Assembly: GCF_036321535.1 (NCBI RefSeq)
Contig: NC_087447.1
Span: 372,001 to 436,000 of the forward strand
Origin: Camelus dromedarius
Lineage: Eukaryota
Direction: 5' to 3'
DNA: 64,000 nt
Part shown: positions 1 through 10,900 of the stretch, in pieces
Numbering within the stretch: position 1 is the stretch's first letter
Layout of the letters: every line of letters starts with the position of its first letter
Made by a program: the position numbers and the translations under genes
The notes under the pieces: model-generated
Seen by the model: only the letters and a program-made list of their open reading frames with translations
Told to the model about the DNA's origin: nothing
Databases searched by the model: none

Positions 1-368
1 AGTGATTTCCTAAACCCCAGGTCTGCCCGCTGTGTGTGATGGCCGCCAGGTGCCCGCGCTCTTCGGAGGGGTCCCTGCGGCCTGGCGGGCGGGCGACCCC
101 GCCTAGCGCCATGGTCATGGGCGGGCCTCGGCTCGCGGGCACCCAGCGCACAGCCTGAGGGCACTAGCCGGGCCCCGGAAGACAGGGCCCGGGACACGGA
201 GCCCGAGGGGATGGCCAGGGCGAGGCAGAGCGGACCCGGGGCCGCCCGCAGCCCCAGCCGCAGGGCCCCGCCCGCCGCCGCCCGCGGCTCACCTGCGCCC
301 CCGCGCGCCCGCGCGCACAGAGAGGATCGCAGGCCCCCCGCCCGGTCCCCGGCCCCCGCCGCACTCAC

Positions 369-560
369 CGCTCACGGGCGCGTTTGCCCCCGGGGCCGGG
401 GCCGGGGCGAGGGGGGCGGCGCGGGCCGGGGCCAGGGCGCACGGCTCGCCCGGCGCATGGGCTCCGTCCGCGGCGGGTGCGGCTCCGGCTGCGGGCGGCG
501 AACACTCGACCGGGCCCGAGCACGCCCCGCCCCGCCCCGCGCCCATCCGTCAGCCCGACG
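369..560 (-). other. HRAS: HRAS non-coding first exon (coding exons lie left of the window); TSS approximate
   Basis: Minus strand reads GAGCCGCACCCGCCGCGGACGGAGCCCATGCG...GCCCGTGAGCG|GTGAGTGC, matching my recollection of the human HRAS 5' exon and donor. Synteny with LRRC56 agrees. No HRAS codons are in the window. Confidence 0.8.
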
Positions 561-2339
561 AGCCTGCTATTGGCCGCGCGCGCCGGGACCCGCCCCACAG
601 CGCCTTAGCCCCGCCCCAACCCTCTCAGATTGGTTGAGCGGCCCGTCCGTCAGAGGCCGCGGCCGGGCGGGGCTTCCGGGAGCCGTTCAAAGGGCGATGC
701 CGGCCCGGGTGGCCCTCGTGGGCCGCGGCCTGCGGGACTGGATCTGCCAGGTACACGGTCTGGGGGAGACAGCTTCCCTGGGGACGGCCCGGACTTTCCC
801 GGAAAGAGGCAGGACTCGCGGGGAGATAGAGACCCCGCTGTAAAGTGAGTCCGCGGCGGTTGTGGACTGGGGCGGGGTCGCAGGGGTCAGACTAGAGCTC
901 CTGCACTGCACGGGGTCTTGCGCCGGGCCCCTCCGCACCTCGACGGCGCTCACAGTTGCGCCCACGCCTCCCTGCGCCTTCGGGGGGCATACCACCAAAG
1001 GGGGCCCGGAGGAGAGGTGACTCGGAACGGAGGAGACAGCACTTCCAAGCCTCAGGGAGGGTGGGGTCCGCGGGGTCAGCACTATGGACATCCCCTGGAC
1101 CTGGGGCTGGAGAAAAGCGGAGGGGTCGCCAAGACGAGGGTCCGGCGCTTGTGACTCCTGTTCCCAGGACGCCTAGCAGCTTCGGCTGGGTCCTCGGGGG
1201 CGGCTCAGTCTTGCATCTTGGGCCTGGCAGGGCAGGGGCTGTGAGGGGACGTCTGAGCTCGCGGAGCATCGAGTCCGGCTCAGTCTTTTTACCCAGCGGG
1301 GTGCGTCTTGCTTCTCACTCACTTAGCGTGCAGCCTCGCCCGGAGCTCCGGGGAAGGCCCCTCTCCCGCATCCCCTCATCGCCAGCATCCCCCACCTTGG
1401 GCAGGCCCTGCAGACTACCCGCCCACGGAGCTCCTCACCAAACCCTGAGATCCCAGCCCTCCCGCAGCGCACCGTGAGGCCCAAACAACAAACGGTACCC
1501 TCCCAATTCAACCCAAAAGTTACCATGGGGGTTGAACTGAAGTCTCCCCCACCCCAAGCACAAACATGCACATCGTGTCCTTTCAAGGCTCTCAGAAAGG
1601 CATGTTTTTAACATTTAAAAATTTGTCAAAGTAACGCATAAACACATCCTCCTTATTTACCAGAAAAGACTGTTCATTACCCTCTTCCATTCCATACCTC
1701 TTCCAAGACATTCGGCCCCCTCCCGCGCCGGCTCTGTGCTGTTCCCCTGAGTTCACCCCACTGCAGGCCTTGGCCTTGGAGGGCCCCTGGGGGCCACCCC
1801 CCGCCCCCACGGTGGCGGCGACCCCCCTTGCCGAGGCTGTGTCGGGCTGGCACGGCCTGAGTCGCGCCTGACGCGCGTAGACGCGAAGTAAAGGCGGAAA
1901 GTGAAAACGGGTGGAGGCCACCCTCACCGGCGCGCTCACTCTGGACTCCCTTCCAGGTGTCCAGGTCGGCATTTCCCTCGTCCTCAGACGGTCTTTTCCC
2001 AAGGCGCTTCCTTCGGTCGAGGCATCGGCCACACTTGCAGGCGGAGGTAAATCCCGCAGGGCCTCCGGGACCCTGCACCGGTGCCTCCCACCTTAGAAAG
2101 GTGGGCGCGTGTCTCCAGCCCAGACCTCCTTTGAGGAGGCCGACACCTGGCCCCGCTGCGCCCCCCTGGGTCGACGGCGTCCCACTTCCCCAGCTTCCCT
2201 CCGGGTGGAGGGGCGCCCACACGCCCGCACCCCCAGGTGGGCTGGCTACCGCCCCGCTTGCCTGCCAGCCGGCCCTAGCAACCGTTGCTGAGGGGCGTGG
2301 CTCGGCCGCGCGGCGCCGGGAGGACGCTGCGGCTCAAGA

Positions 2340-2500
2340 ATATTTGCGTATTCAGCCGAGGCCCCGCCCCCGTTGCCTTGGCGCCCAGGGCTCTCAACCC
2401 CGCCGCCGGAAGAACCGCCCCGAGTCGAAGAGAGTGCCCGGCGGAGGAGGGCGCCCAGGGCCGAGCCCCCGGGGCCGGAGCACCGGGGCCGAGCCCTCAG
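2340..2500 (+). other. LRRC56: LRRC56 probable non-coding first exon
   Basis: Ends in a strong donor CAG|GTGAGA at 2500/2501 at the island edge, downstream of X-box-like and GC-box motifs. TSS inferred. Confidence 0.55.
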
Positions 2501-4217
2501 GTGAGAACTGAGTTTGCCTTTGGGTCCAGGGCCACAGGCCTCGCTACCTACCCAGTGCCAGGGGGTAAACAGGCCGAGGACGAAGCAGCAAAGCCAGTGG
2601 GGTCCCAGTGATGCCCCAGATGTCAGATCAGGTCCCCTGGGGACCCTGCCCACAACCCCTGGCCGTGCGCTGAGGCGCTCCCAGTCACCTGCGCAGAGAC
2701 CCAGACTCTGGGGGGTTCTGTGGTGGGGACCTAGGAGTGGAGCCGGCCATGCCCTCAGAAGGGATGGCAGGTGGAGAGGACCCAGAGAGCTGATGGTCCA
2801 GGCTGGGAAATGGCCTGAGCTATGAAGAGGGAATGGCCCCCAGGTTTCCACCTCAGGGGCTCACAGAGTGGTAGGGCAGGATGGCATCAGGTCCATGAAC
2901 AGTGTGGTCCAGGCCCGCGAATGGATGTGAGGGGACAGTGTCTAGATGGGAGCTGCAGCCCTGCTCCTTGGACCTCAAGACCTTGGGGCTAGACTGGACC
3001 TGTGCTCTGGGCCTAATCGCAGACAAGATCTCAGGTCAGCTGTTCTCAGGCACAGAGGAAAGAGGGTGGCGTACCGGCTCCCCAGGGCCACGGCCTGGCT
3101 AGCCCATACCTTCCCCATAGCCCACAGCTCGCAGCATCTCCCCAGGGGGCCCGATGGTGGGGCCCTCCTCCAAGGTTTGGGGCCTTTCACCAGTGAGAGA
3201 AAGGCAGGCAGGAGAAGAACTTTTGGGAAAAAATCCTGGCCACAAACTCCATGAGGTGTTAACCTCCATGGGTCCTTGGTGTACGGGTCACTTTCCACAT
3301 AGGGGCACTCCCAAGGCCCAGTACTGCCTCACATCCTCTCTGTCAGAGCCTAGTGGAGAGCTGCCCCGGCCGAGGGGGGCGTCTCTAGACTTGATGGACA
3401 GGATGAGTGTTGAGTGTCCACAGGGGCTGGTAGATAAGAACTGGCCAGAGGCTACACCTGCCACATTCACTGATTTTTCAGGGGTTATTTTAGAGCCCAT
3501 TCTGCACACCATGGGCAGGGCAGGACATGGCACAGGGCACACGCACGCACTCGGGGCAAGACACGCACTCAACTGAATGAGTTGTGAAACACAGAGGGCT
3601 GTGGGAGGGGCCAGTCTTAAGAAGTAAATCCAGGAAGGGCAGGAGGAAGCTCAGGAGTAGGGGGGTCGGCGAGGCCCTGACCTGAGGTGGAGGCAGGGAG
3701 GATGTTCCAGCAGGCCTCTGGCTCTGCCCCCAGAGATGATTCCAGGGTCTGGGGCCAGGCCCAGGCATCTGGGTCTCTGAGGAGGGGTGCCAGGGGAGCC
3801 TGGTGCAGATAGTCCTGGACACAGCGGACAGCCTGCCCTGGGGCCTGGGGGGCGATGCTCAGGAGGGATGGGGTGCCAGGGAGGCCTGTGCACGGGAGAT
3901 GGTCCAGAGTGACAGGCTGGGGACCTCTTTTGGAGAAGTTGCAGTCAGAGATGGAAGGAAGTGAGGATTTGAATGAAGACAAGGCATTTGCTCTGGAGGG
4001 ACCCCAACATCGGTCACCCACATGGCTGTCTTCCTCGTCAGCCGGGTCAGGGGCCCCATCAGGATGACCAAAAGGACCTAGGACCAGGCCCTAGGCCAGC
4101 AGCCCCTACAGCCTCTGCACCTGCTTGCTGCTGGGCCCTGTGACCTTGGCCCAGCCTGTCCCAGGTCCCTTAGGCACAGTGGCCCAGCCAGGAGGCCAGC
4201 CTGACTCTCTCTAACAG

Positions 4218-4290
4218 GTGCCGCCTGGGACCACATGCTGCTCTCTTGCCCAGGTGTTTGACCCCGGTGAGAAAAGGCAGCTGCCTCCAG
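4218..4290 (+). other. LRRC56: LRRC56 candidate 5'UTR exon
   Basis: Acceptor ctctctctaacAG at 4217 and donor CAG|GTGAGG at 4290/4291 (alternative donor at 4266). Confidence 0.4.
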
Positions 4291-4759
4291 GTGAGGGGGC
4301 TCGCTGGGCACAGGGGTGGGATGGCAAAAGGCCTGAGACCCCCGGACTCAGAGCCCATCCAGTAGAGAAAGGCACAGCACAAGGCCTGAGGCAGAGGCTT
4401 ACTGCTGGTCTCAGCGGGCAAACAAGCAAACAGGACCTGGAGGCCGCCCCCTGGACTCACAGCCTACATGGGCCTCAGAGGGGGAGGCTGGCACCAGCAC
4501 CCCTCGTGTGGACCCGGAAGGATGAGCAAAAACCCATGGAGAGTGGCCTGCCCAGGCTCAGGGAGGGGGCTGCGAGGCCCTCAGGCAGGCTGTTACTAAG
4601 TGGTGAGGGCAGAGCCTTCCCGGGGCCCAGAGGGGATCTGGGGGCTGGCTGTGCAGACACATGTCCAGGCTGTGCAGGGTCTCTGCTGTGCTGCATGTCA
4701 GAGCAAGAGCAGAGGCTCACAGCTGTGCCCTCTGCCTTCGTCCAGCACATTGGATGTGA

Positions 4760-4936
4760 ATGGACCAGGCCTGGGACAGAGGCCCTGGGCCTCGGCCAAG
4801 CACAGCCAGGATCCGAGTGCGGGAGCTGAGTTGGCAGGGCCTGCACAACCCCTGCCCCCAGAGCCAGGACCCAGGTGGCCATGGCAGGGACCACGGCAAG
4901 CAGCTGCTGGAGGAGTACCTGTCACCTGCCCGACTG
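4760..4936 (+). CDS. LRRC56: LRRC56 coding exon 1
   Basis: Acceptor at 4745; ATG 4760 MDQAWDRGPG...EEYLSPARL; donor CTG|GTGAGT. Confidence 0.92.
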
Positions 4937-7900
4937 GTGAGTGTAGGGGCTGGGGGCTGGGGCTCAGGCGTGGGCCTGCGTGGCCGATGTCCCGGGGCTG
5001 CTGTCCGGCCAGCCCTCCGTCCCCAGCCCTCGTGGCCTAGCCTGGCTGACAGATGCCCTCACCCCCTCTGCCCCCTGCCCCTGCTCCACGCTCAGGGCCA
5101 GTCCTGGGTGTTTGGTGGCGCAGACCTCTCCCAGGCACTCAGGCCACAGAAGGGCCTGAGCCAGGCCCTTCCACAGGTTTGCTGAGCACACACTGTGCGC
5201 GGAGCTCCAGGGGTCCCTCCTTGAACCATTCCGTGACCCAGAGAGGAGGCCCCTCGTTCTCACGGGAGACAGGGTGATAGACCTTCAAAGTGTGTGGCCC
5301 ACAGAGTGGATGAAGAACCCGGGCGGGAGTCCACTGGGCGGGCAGGTCAGGTAGGGCATCCTGCCATCCCGCTGACCGTGTCTGGGGCAGCTGTTGAAGC
5401 CTCTCTCCCAAACCTGGGCCTCAGGGCTGCTGCCGCTCCCCCACCCTCACCTTGAGACCCAGCAGGTTCTGCAGAGACCTCTTGTCTGCAGGTTCCCACC
5501 CAGTGACCCCAGCGTGCGACCCCACACCTCCCAGCCATCTCACCCCTTCCCTACTGGCTGAGCCCCTTGCCACCACTGGCCACGCGGAGGGTCGGGCAAC
5601 CCCTACCACGGGGCCCTCCGGCCTGCACCCACGCTAGCGCCGGGGTGAGATGCATACAGGGAGGGGCCTCTTGGAGACTCCAGGTGACTCACCCAAACAC
5701 TTGGCTGAAGGTAGTGGCCCGACATCCCCACCCACCTTCCTGACCAACACGGAGAAGCATCCTCACTGTCTGGTCACTGCAGGTGGGCGAGTCATTCCTG
5801 CTGGCCCCCCTCCCCGTGCCCCTGGCGGCCCCGTGTGTGCAGCCCTCCAGCCGGGCCTACAGTGTATGCACCTCCCCAGGCCCCTGTGCTGGGAACACAC
5901 CCTGACTGCAGCCACTCTGTCAGCCCTGGGCCCTCCCCCTTCTCCCCAGCTCTTTGCTGGAGAGAGCCCGATGGCCACGGTCAGCCTCAGGCCAGGCCAT
6001 GGCACTCTGGCTGTCAGCAGTCCAGAGCCACACATGCTTTCTAATGTGTGTGAGTCTGGGGCACACCACACCAAGAACCACACCTGTGGTTGTTTCTGAA
6101 AGCATTTCTCCCCTCCCAGAGCCTCGCGCTTGTGGCGGGCACACAGCAGCCTGGCTTCTCCTGGAGGCTGTCTTCCTGGGTCATTCTAACTTCAAGCCCT
6201 GGTAGTTTTACTGATTTGAGCGAAGAAACCATTTTATTGTTCAAGCCCACAAGTTCCACGGGTCCTGGGCCCTCTCCATCCCCTCTGAACTCTGTCTCCT
6301 ATAGCACCTCATCAACACACCACCGCGGCCAGCTCACTGCCACATCTTGCTTAGGACTTCTCCACCCAGTGCCACAAGTTCACTGTGTGCTTTTTCTGCC
6401 ATCCAGGTTACTAAGGAGACCCTTCTACCAAAATTCCGTCGTCACAGGACAGGGGGTCTCCATCTTTCTGGCTCCAGTAACACTCACGTCAGTCCCCACT
6501 CCTGACCCCAGTCCCCAGTCCAAGGTCACATTCATTCTTCTTGTTGTGGTACCTGTTGGAATTGCGTCTAGGTCCCGAGTTTTGTATGAGTCAGCTATTG
6601 CTGCAGTGATGTTAATGACCAACGACCCCTAGACTTATGGGTTCACAGCACAAGTGTACTTGTCCCTGGGGTTGAGGCAGGCTGGGGCACAGCCATGCTC
6701 AGCAGAGCTGGGCTCTAAGCTGTGAACTGCACTGGGTCTGTTCCGTGGGGCGCATTTGTACACTGGCACCCTCAGGGCAGGCCCTTAGCTGGCAGTGGCC
6801 CCACTGGGCATACACGATTGTGACCTCTGCTCCCACCACATCACGCATATCCCCCAGCCAGAGCTAGTCCTGGCCAGGGTCAGTGTGGGCGAGGCAAGGG
6901 AGTGTCTGCCACCTGCTCCAGTCTTGTGGCCCAAAACAGGGGTATCCCTGTGGGTGGGGGGGGGTGACCACTGTCCAGTCCCAGAACTGACTGCCCCCTG
7001 ACATCCGCAGCACGCCCTGGCTCAGGCAGATGACCTTGGGCTGGTGAGCAGGCTGGAACTGCGTGTCAACACCCGCGAGAACAGCCTGGGGAACTTTGGT
7101 GAGAGCCCCGCCCTGCCTGCACCCACCACCATCCAGGCCAGACCGCGCAGGTCCCCCGCCAGGCCCTGGTCTTTGGACCACTGCAGCCCTCCTCCAGGGA
7201 CTGAGGACTCTGTCTCAGTGCCTTGTACTCCACGGGAGGCAGTGACTAAGAACCCTCCTTGGTTGCACAGGATGATGGCTGGGGGCTCCCAAGCTCTAGA
7301 CCCCAGTGTGTGAGCTGATGGAGGCTGTGGTCTGGGGTGCCAGCAGTGCTTGTGGCCCCGCCGTGGGAGGTGGCCTGGGAGCAGGACCCAAGGTCTGGCC
7401 ACACCTACGCCAGCCAGGCTCCCCTCTCCCCTGGAGTCCAGTGGCCTCGTGGCCTTGGGCGTGGCCCTGTCCTCTTGGGGCACCTTCTTCCCCTGCCCTG
7501 CATGACATAAGCCTGTGTCCCCAAGGCTGCACTGGGCTTTGGGGCAGTCATCGGACAGCAGGGGCTAGGGGCAGGCCTGCACTGACCTCTCCTTCCTGTG
7601 GCCCCACAGGGGTACACCTGCCCAACCTCAGCCAACTGAAGTTGAATGGCAGCTGCCTCGGCTCCCTGCGGTGAGTGCCCTCAGGGCCCCTGGAGCGCAT
7701 CCTGCCAGCCTGGGTGGGGTCTCCCTGGGCAGCCTGCTGGCTCCAGCTCCCAGCCCTAACGCCCACCCTTCCAGCCCGGCTCTGCCACATCACCCACCCC
7801 CGGTCAGCTGGATGCAGCTGCTGAGGGTGACGCACGCCACTTGGGGCCTATGGTCAGGGTTGGGCTGGTCGCACCAGGCTGTGTGGCTGACAAGGTCTCC

Positions 7901-10900
7901 AAGGAGCACCCAGAAGGCACCCACTGGCCTTCAGCAAAGGGTCCCCAACCAGCGAGCTTGCACGGCTCAACACCAGCGGGTTCCAGGCATCCCTGCTCCC
8001 CTCACCACAGCCCAGGGTGGACCCCACACTAGGTGGCCGGGAGCTTAGGGTCCCTGTCAGCAAGAAGAGGGATGGGCGAGGCCAGACCGCGGGGCCCGTG
8101 TGAACATAGCAGCATTTCAATACTTAACCTAGAAGATGAAAGTCAAAACTCAGGACAGCTTAAGGCTTTTGTTTACTTGATCGGGCTGGAAGAACAAATC
8201 TGAGGTCACACCAGCTTGTTCTGGGTGTTTGAACAACATGGGTTTCAGGAAGACACTGCTGGTTTTATGCAGCCAGGCCAGCCATCCGAAGGCAGTGGGA
8301 GTCCAGTCCCAAGTCTAGAAAGTTCTCCAGGTGTTTTAAATGGGCTATGAGGGTCCAGTCATTTGCAGGTGAGATGGTAAAGGTAGTTTTTAAGCATCCT
8401 CGCTTGATTTTCCTTATTTATACTGCTGTTTATCAAATAATAAGCTTCAAAAAGAATTTAATAAAACCTGGAAAACCTGGAAATGGAAGAGGCTATGTGG
8501 CCCCAGCGGGAGGCGCAGAGTGGGGCAGGGATGAGGCAGGCGACACCGGCTCCCAGGGAACCCCGCATCCTGCAAGTAATCTGGCACTCGGAACCGGCTT
8601 TAGTACGTGATTCAGCAATATTCTGACAGATATCAGTGCTTTATTTAATTGAACAGAGACAAAAAATCATGTTTGTTTCGTTATGAAGGCTTACAAATTA
8701 GCTCAAAGAATAATAAAAATATACAGAAAGATCATAAAACAAGGATGAAAACTACAGAGAGGAGCGGAAGGCTTTATAAAGGTAACATGACGCACCGTCC
8801 ATGACAAAACAAAATGTTTAATTCCAAGAAGACAGAAAGAAACCCAATTCCAAGAAAAAATTAGATCAGAAATTGTATGAAAAGGTATTCTGTTCCTTGA
8901 AAACAACAGTGAAACATATAAGGAGTGTTTAAATTTTCTGTTATTGAATCCTGAAACTTGGCCAAACGATGGTTGCAGATCTCCAGGGACTGAAAGTGAA
9001 TAAATATTTGTAAAAGGAACCTGATTAAACATGATTAAATATGACAGTTCAATAAAGTCACATTACAGCTTAGGTGATGACAATGATACTGAAGACATTA
9101 AAATCTCAGGCAGTGTTATATGGGCTGGAACGTAATTTTAAGGTAATGGCTGTCAGTTCTTCAGAGTCTGGGAGAGAATTCAGCACCTGAAAGTGTCGCT
9201 GCCGTTAAGACTGTGTCCCACGTGAATGGGGCTGGTTCCCAGAGGGCTGCTCATCCATCCACTGGGAGAAAGGCACCGACGGCCCTGGTGTCCCCGCCAA
9301 GCCAGCCTTGGACCGGACAGCCTTGACTCAGGACAATCGTGTGGGGAAAACCACACTAACCATCTGGGAAACGCAACAGCTCATTTGGAAATTAACGTAC
9401 TTGAAGGGGCAGCTTTCACTACAGCACGGCCGTGCGCGTGTCCCCAGGTGCTGGTTTTCAGCTGGGTTCTATCCTCTCCCTGTTCATGCCTGGGAGTTCT
9501 TTGTAGAGCCGGGGTGCGTTTTAGACCCCATAGGCCTCTGCACCCCGCCTTCCCCCGCTAACTCTAACCAGGGTGCTTTTCACTAAAACAGTGATCCCTC
9601 GTTTGCACTGTTCCAGTCCATCCGTTCTGGCTGGTGCTTTGGGTGTTTTTTTAGGACGTTGGTCTACACCCCCAAGGTCTTGGAGATACTCTGCTTTTTC
9701 ATCTGTCTGCTTGTGGTCTCACTGTTTACTTTTGGGTCTTTAATCCAGCTTCTCTGTGAGGTTGCTGCCACACAGAGAACAGGTTGTGGTACCAGACTGA
9801 GGCCCCGTTGTGTTTTCCACTATGTGGTGAGGCGGTGTTCCCGACCTCCTCCACCGGCAGTCCACCGGCGTCCTCCGGGCCATTCTCCAGGCCCATGCGG
9901 GTACGCCTGCGTGTTCCCCGCTCTCCGTCTGCAGCCTGCACTGGTGCAGCTCTGCGCTAATGTGTGAGTATCTGACACCTCATCTTGGTTTTCCTTTTTC
10001 CACACTGACTCAGCTATTTCTGAGCACTTGCATTTGAGTTTTACAATCAGTTTTTTTTGGATTTCACACACCCTACTCCTTCTGGGATTTTTTTTTAATT
10101 AAAAAAGATTCATATGCTAATTTGGGTTAATTTTTAAGTTACATACATCCACAAATATGGTATAGCTCTCCATTCTGTGTTCTTTTATGTTTTGAATAGA
10201 GCCTTTAGACTCCCTCTGTAAGGTTCGTTATCAGAATGCTGTCAGCTGCAAGGCACAGAAGCCTGTGTCCAGCTGGCCCCAGCAGCAAGAGGTTATTCCT
10301 CCCTTTTGTGGGTACACACCTGGGCCAAGCCCATTCTAACCACGGAGGATACATCAGTGACCAGAACAGGTGAGAACCCCGTCTCCGGGACAGTCAAGGG
10401 CAAGTCCCCTCGCGTGCTCGGCATGGCTACAGCCATGTTGGCAGGCCAAGGAGTGTGTCAGTCCTCTAGAGTTGCTGAACAAAGCACCACGAGCCAAGCG
10501 GCTTGAACTGACTCTTCAGTTCTGGAGGCCGCAAGGCAGGATCTGGGGTCGGAAGCGCCGGTTCCCTCTGAGGCTGAGGGAGGTCCTGTTTCATTCCCCT
10601 CTCCTTGGGCGGTGCTGGCCACGTTTGGGGTTCCTTGCCTGGCAGACTCATCACCCCAGGCTCTGCCTCCACACTCATGTGACCTTCTCCCCATGTCCAA
10701 ATTCTCTGTTTATAAGCTCACCAGTCGTACTGGGTGGTGTGACTGCATCTCACATAATTACGTCTGCAGAGGCTAAATTAACTCCCATCTGTTTGTAGTA
10801 TCTCTGTAATCACGGATGGAGCTCTGTCTCTGTTGTGTTTTCCGGTTGAGTATTGCCAATGAAGAGAAGCATTCTGTTGGTTTAGAATAGATGTGTTAAA

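Larger units (their letters stand above)
1..2520. promoter_or_regulatory. CpG island / divergent HRAS-LRRC56 promoter region
   Basis: Very high GC and CpG density (interrupted by an AT-richer patch at about 1490-1720). GC boxes at about 525-540, 591-597, 611-617, 665-671; ATTGG (CCAAT) at 569-573 and 629-633; ETS site CTTCCGG at 673-679. Confidence 0.85.

Noticed and set aside
1-368. HRAS coding sequence or the HRAS1 28-bp VNTR
   Set aside because: No MTEYKLVVVG-type codons or 28-bp array here; both lie beyond the left edge.
211-843. 210-aa plus-strand ORF over the HRAS promoter
   Set aside because: Arg/Pro/Ala/Gly-rich translation of a CpG island, GTG/alternative start, no domain; stop-poor by composition.
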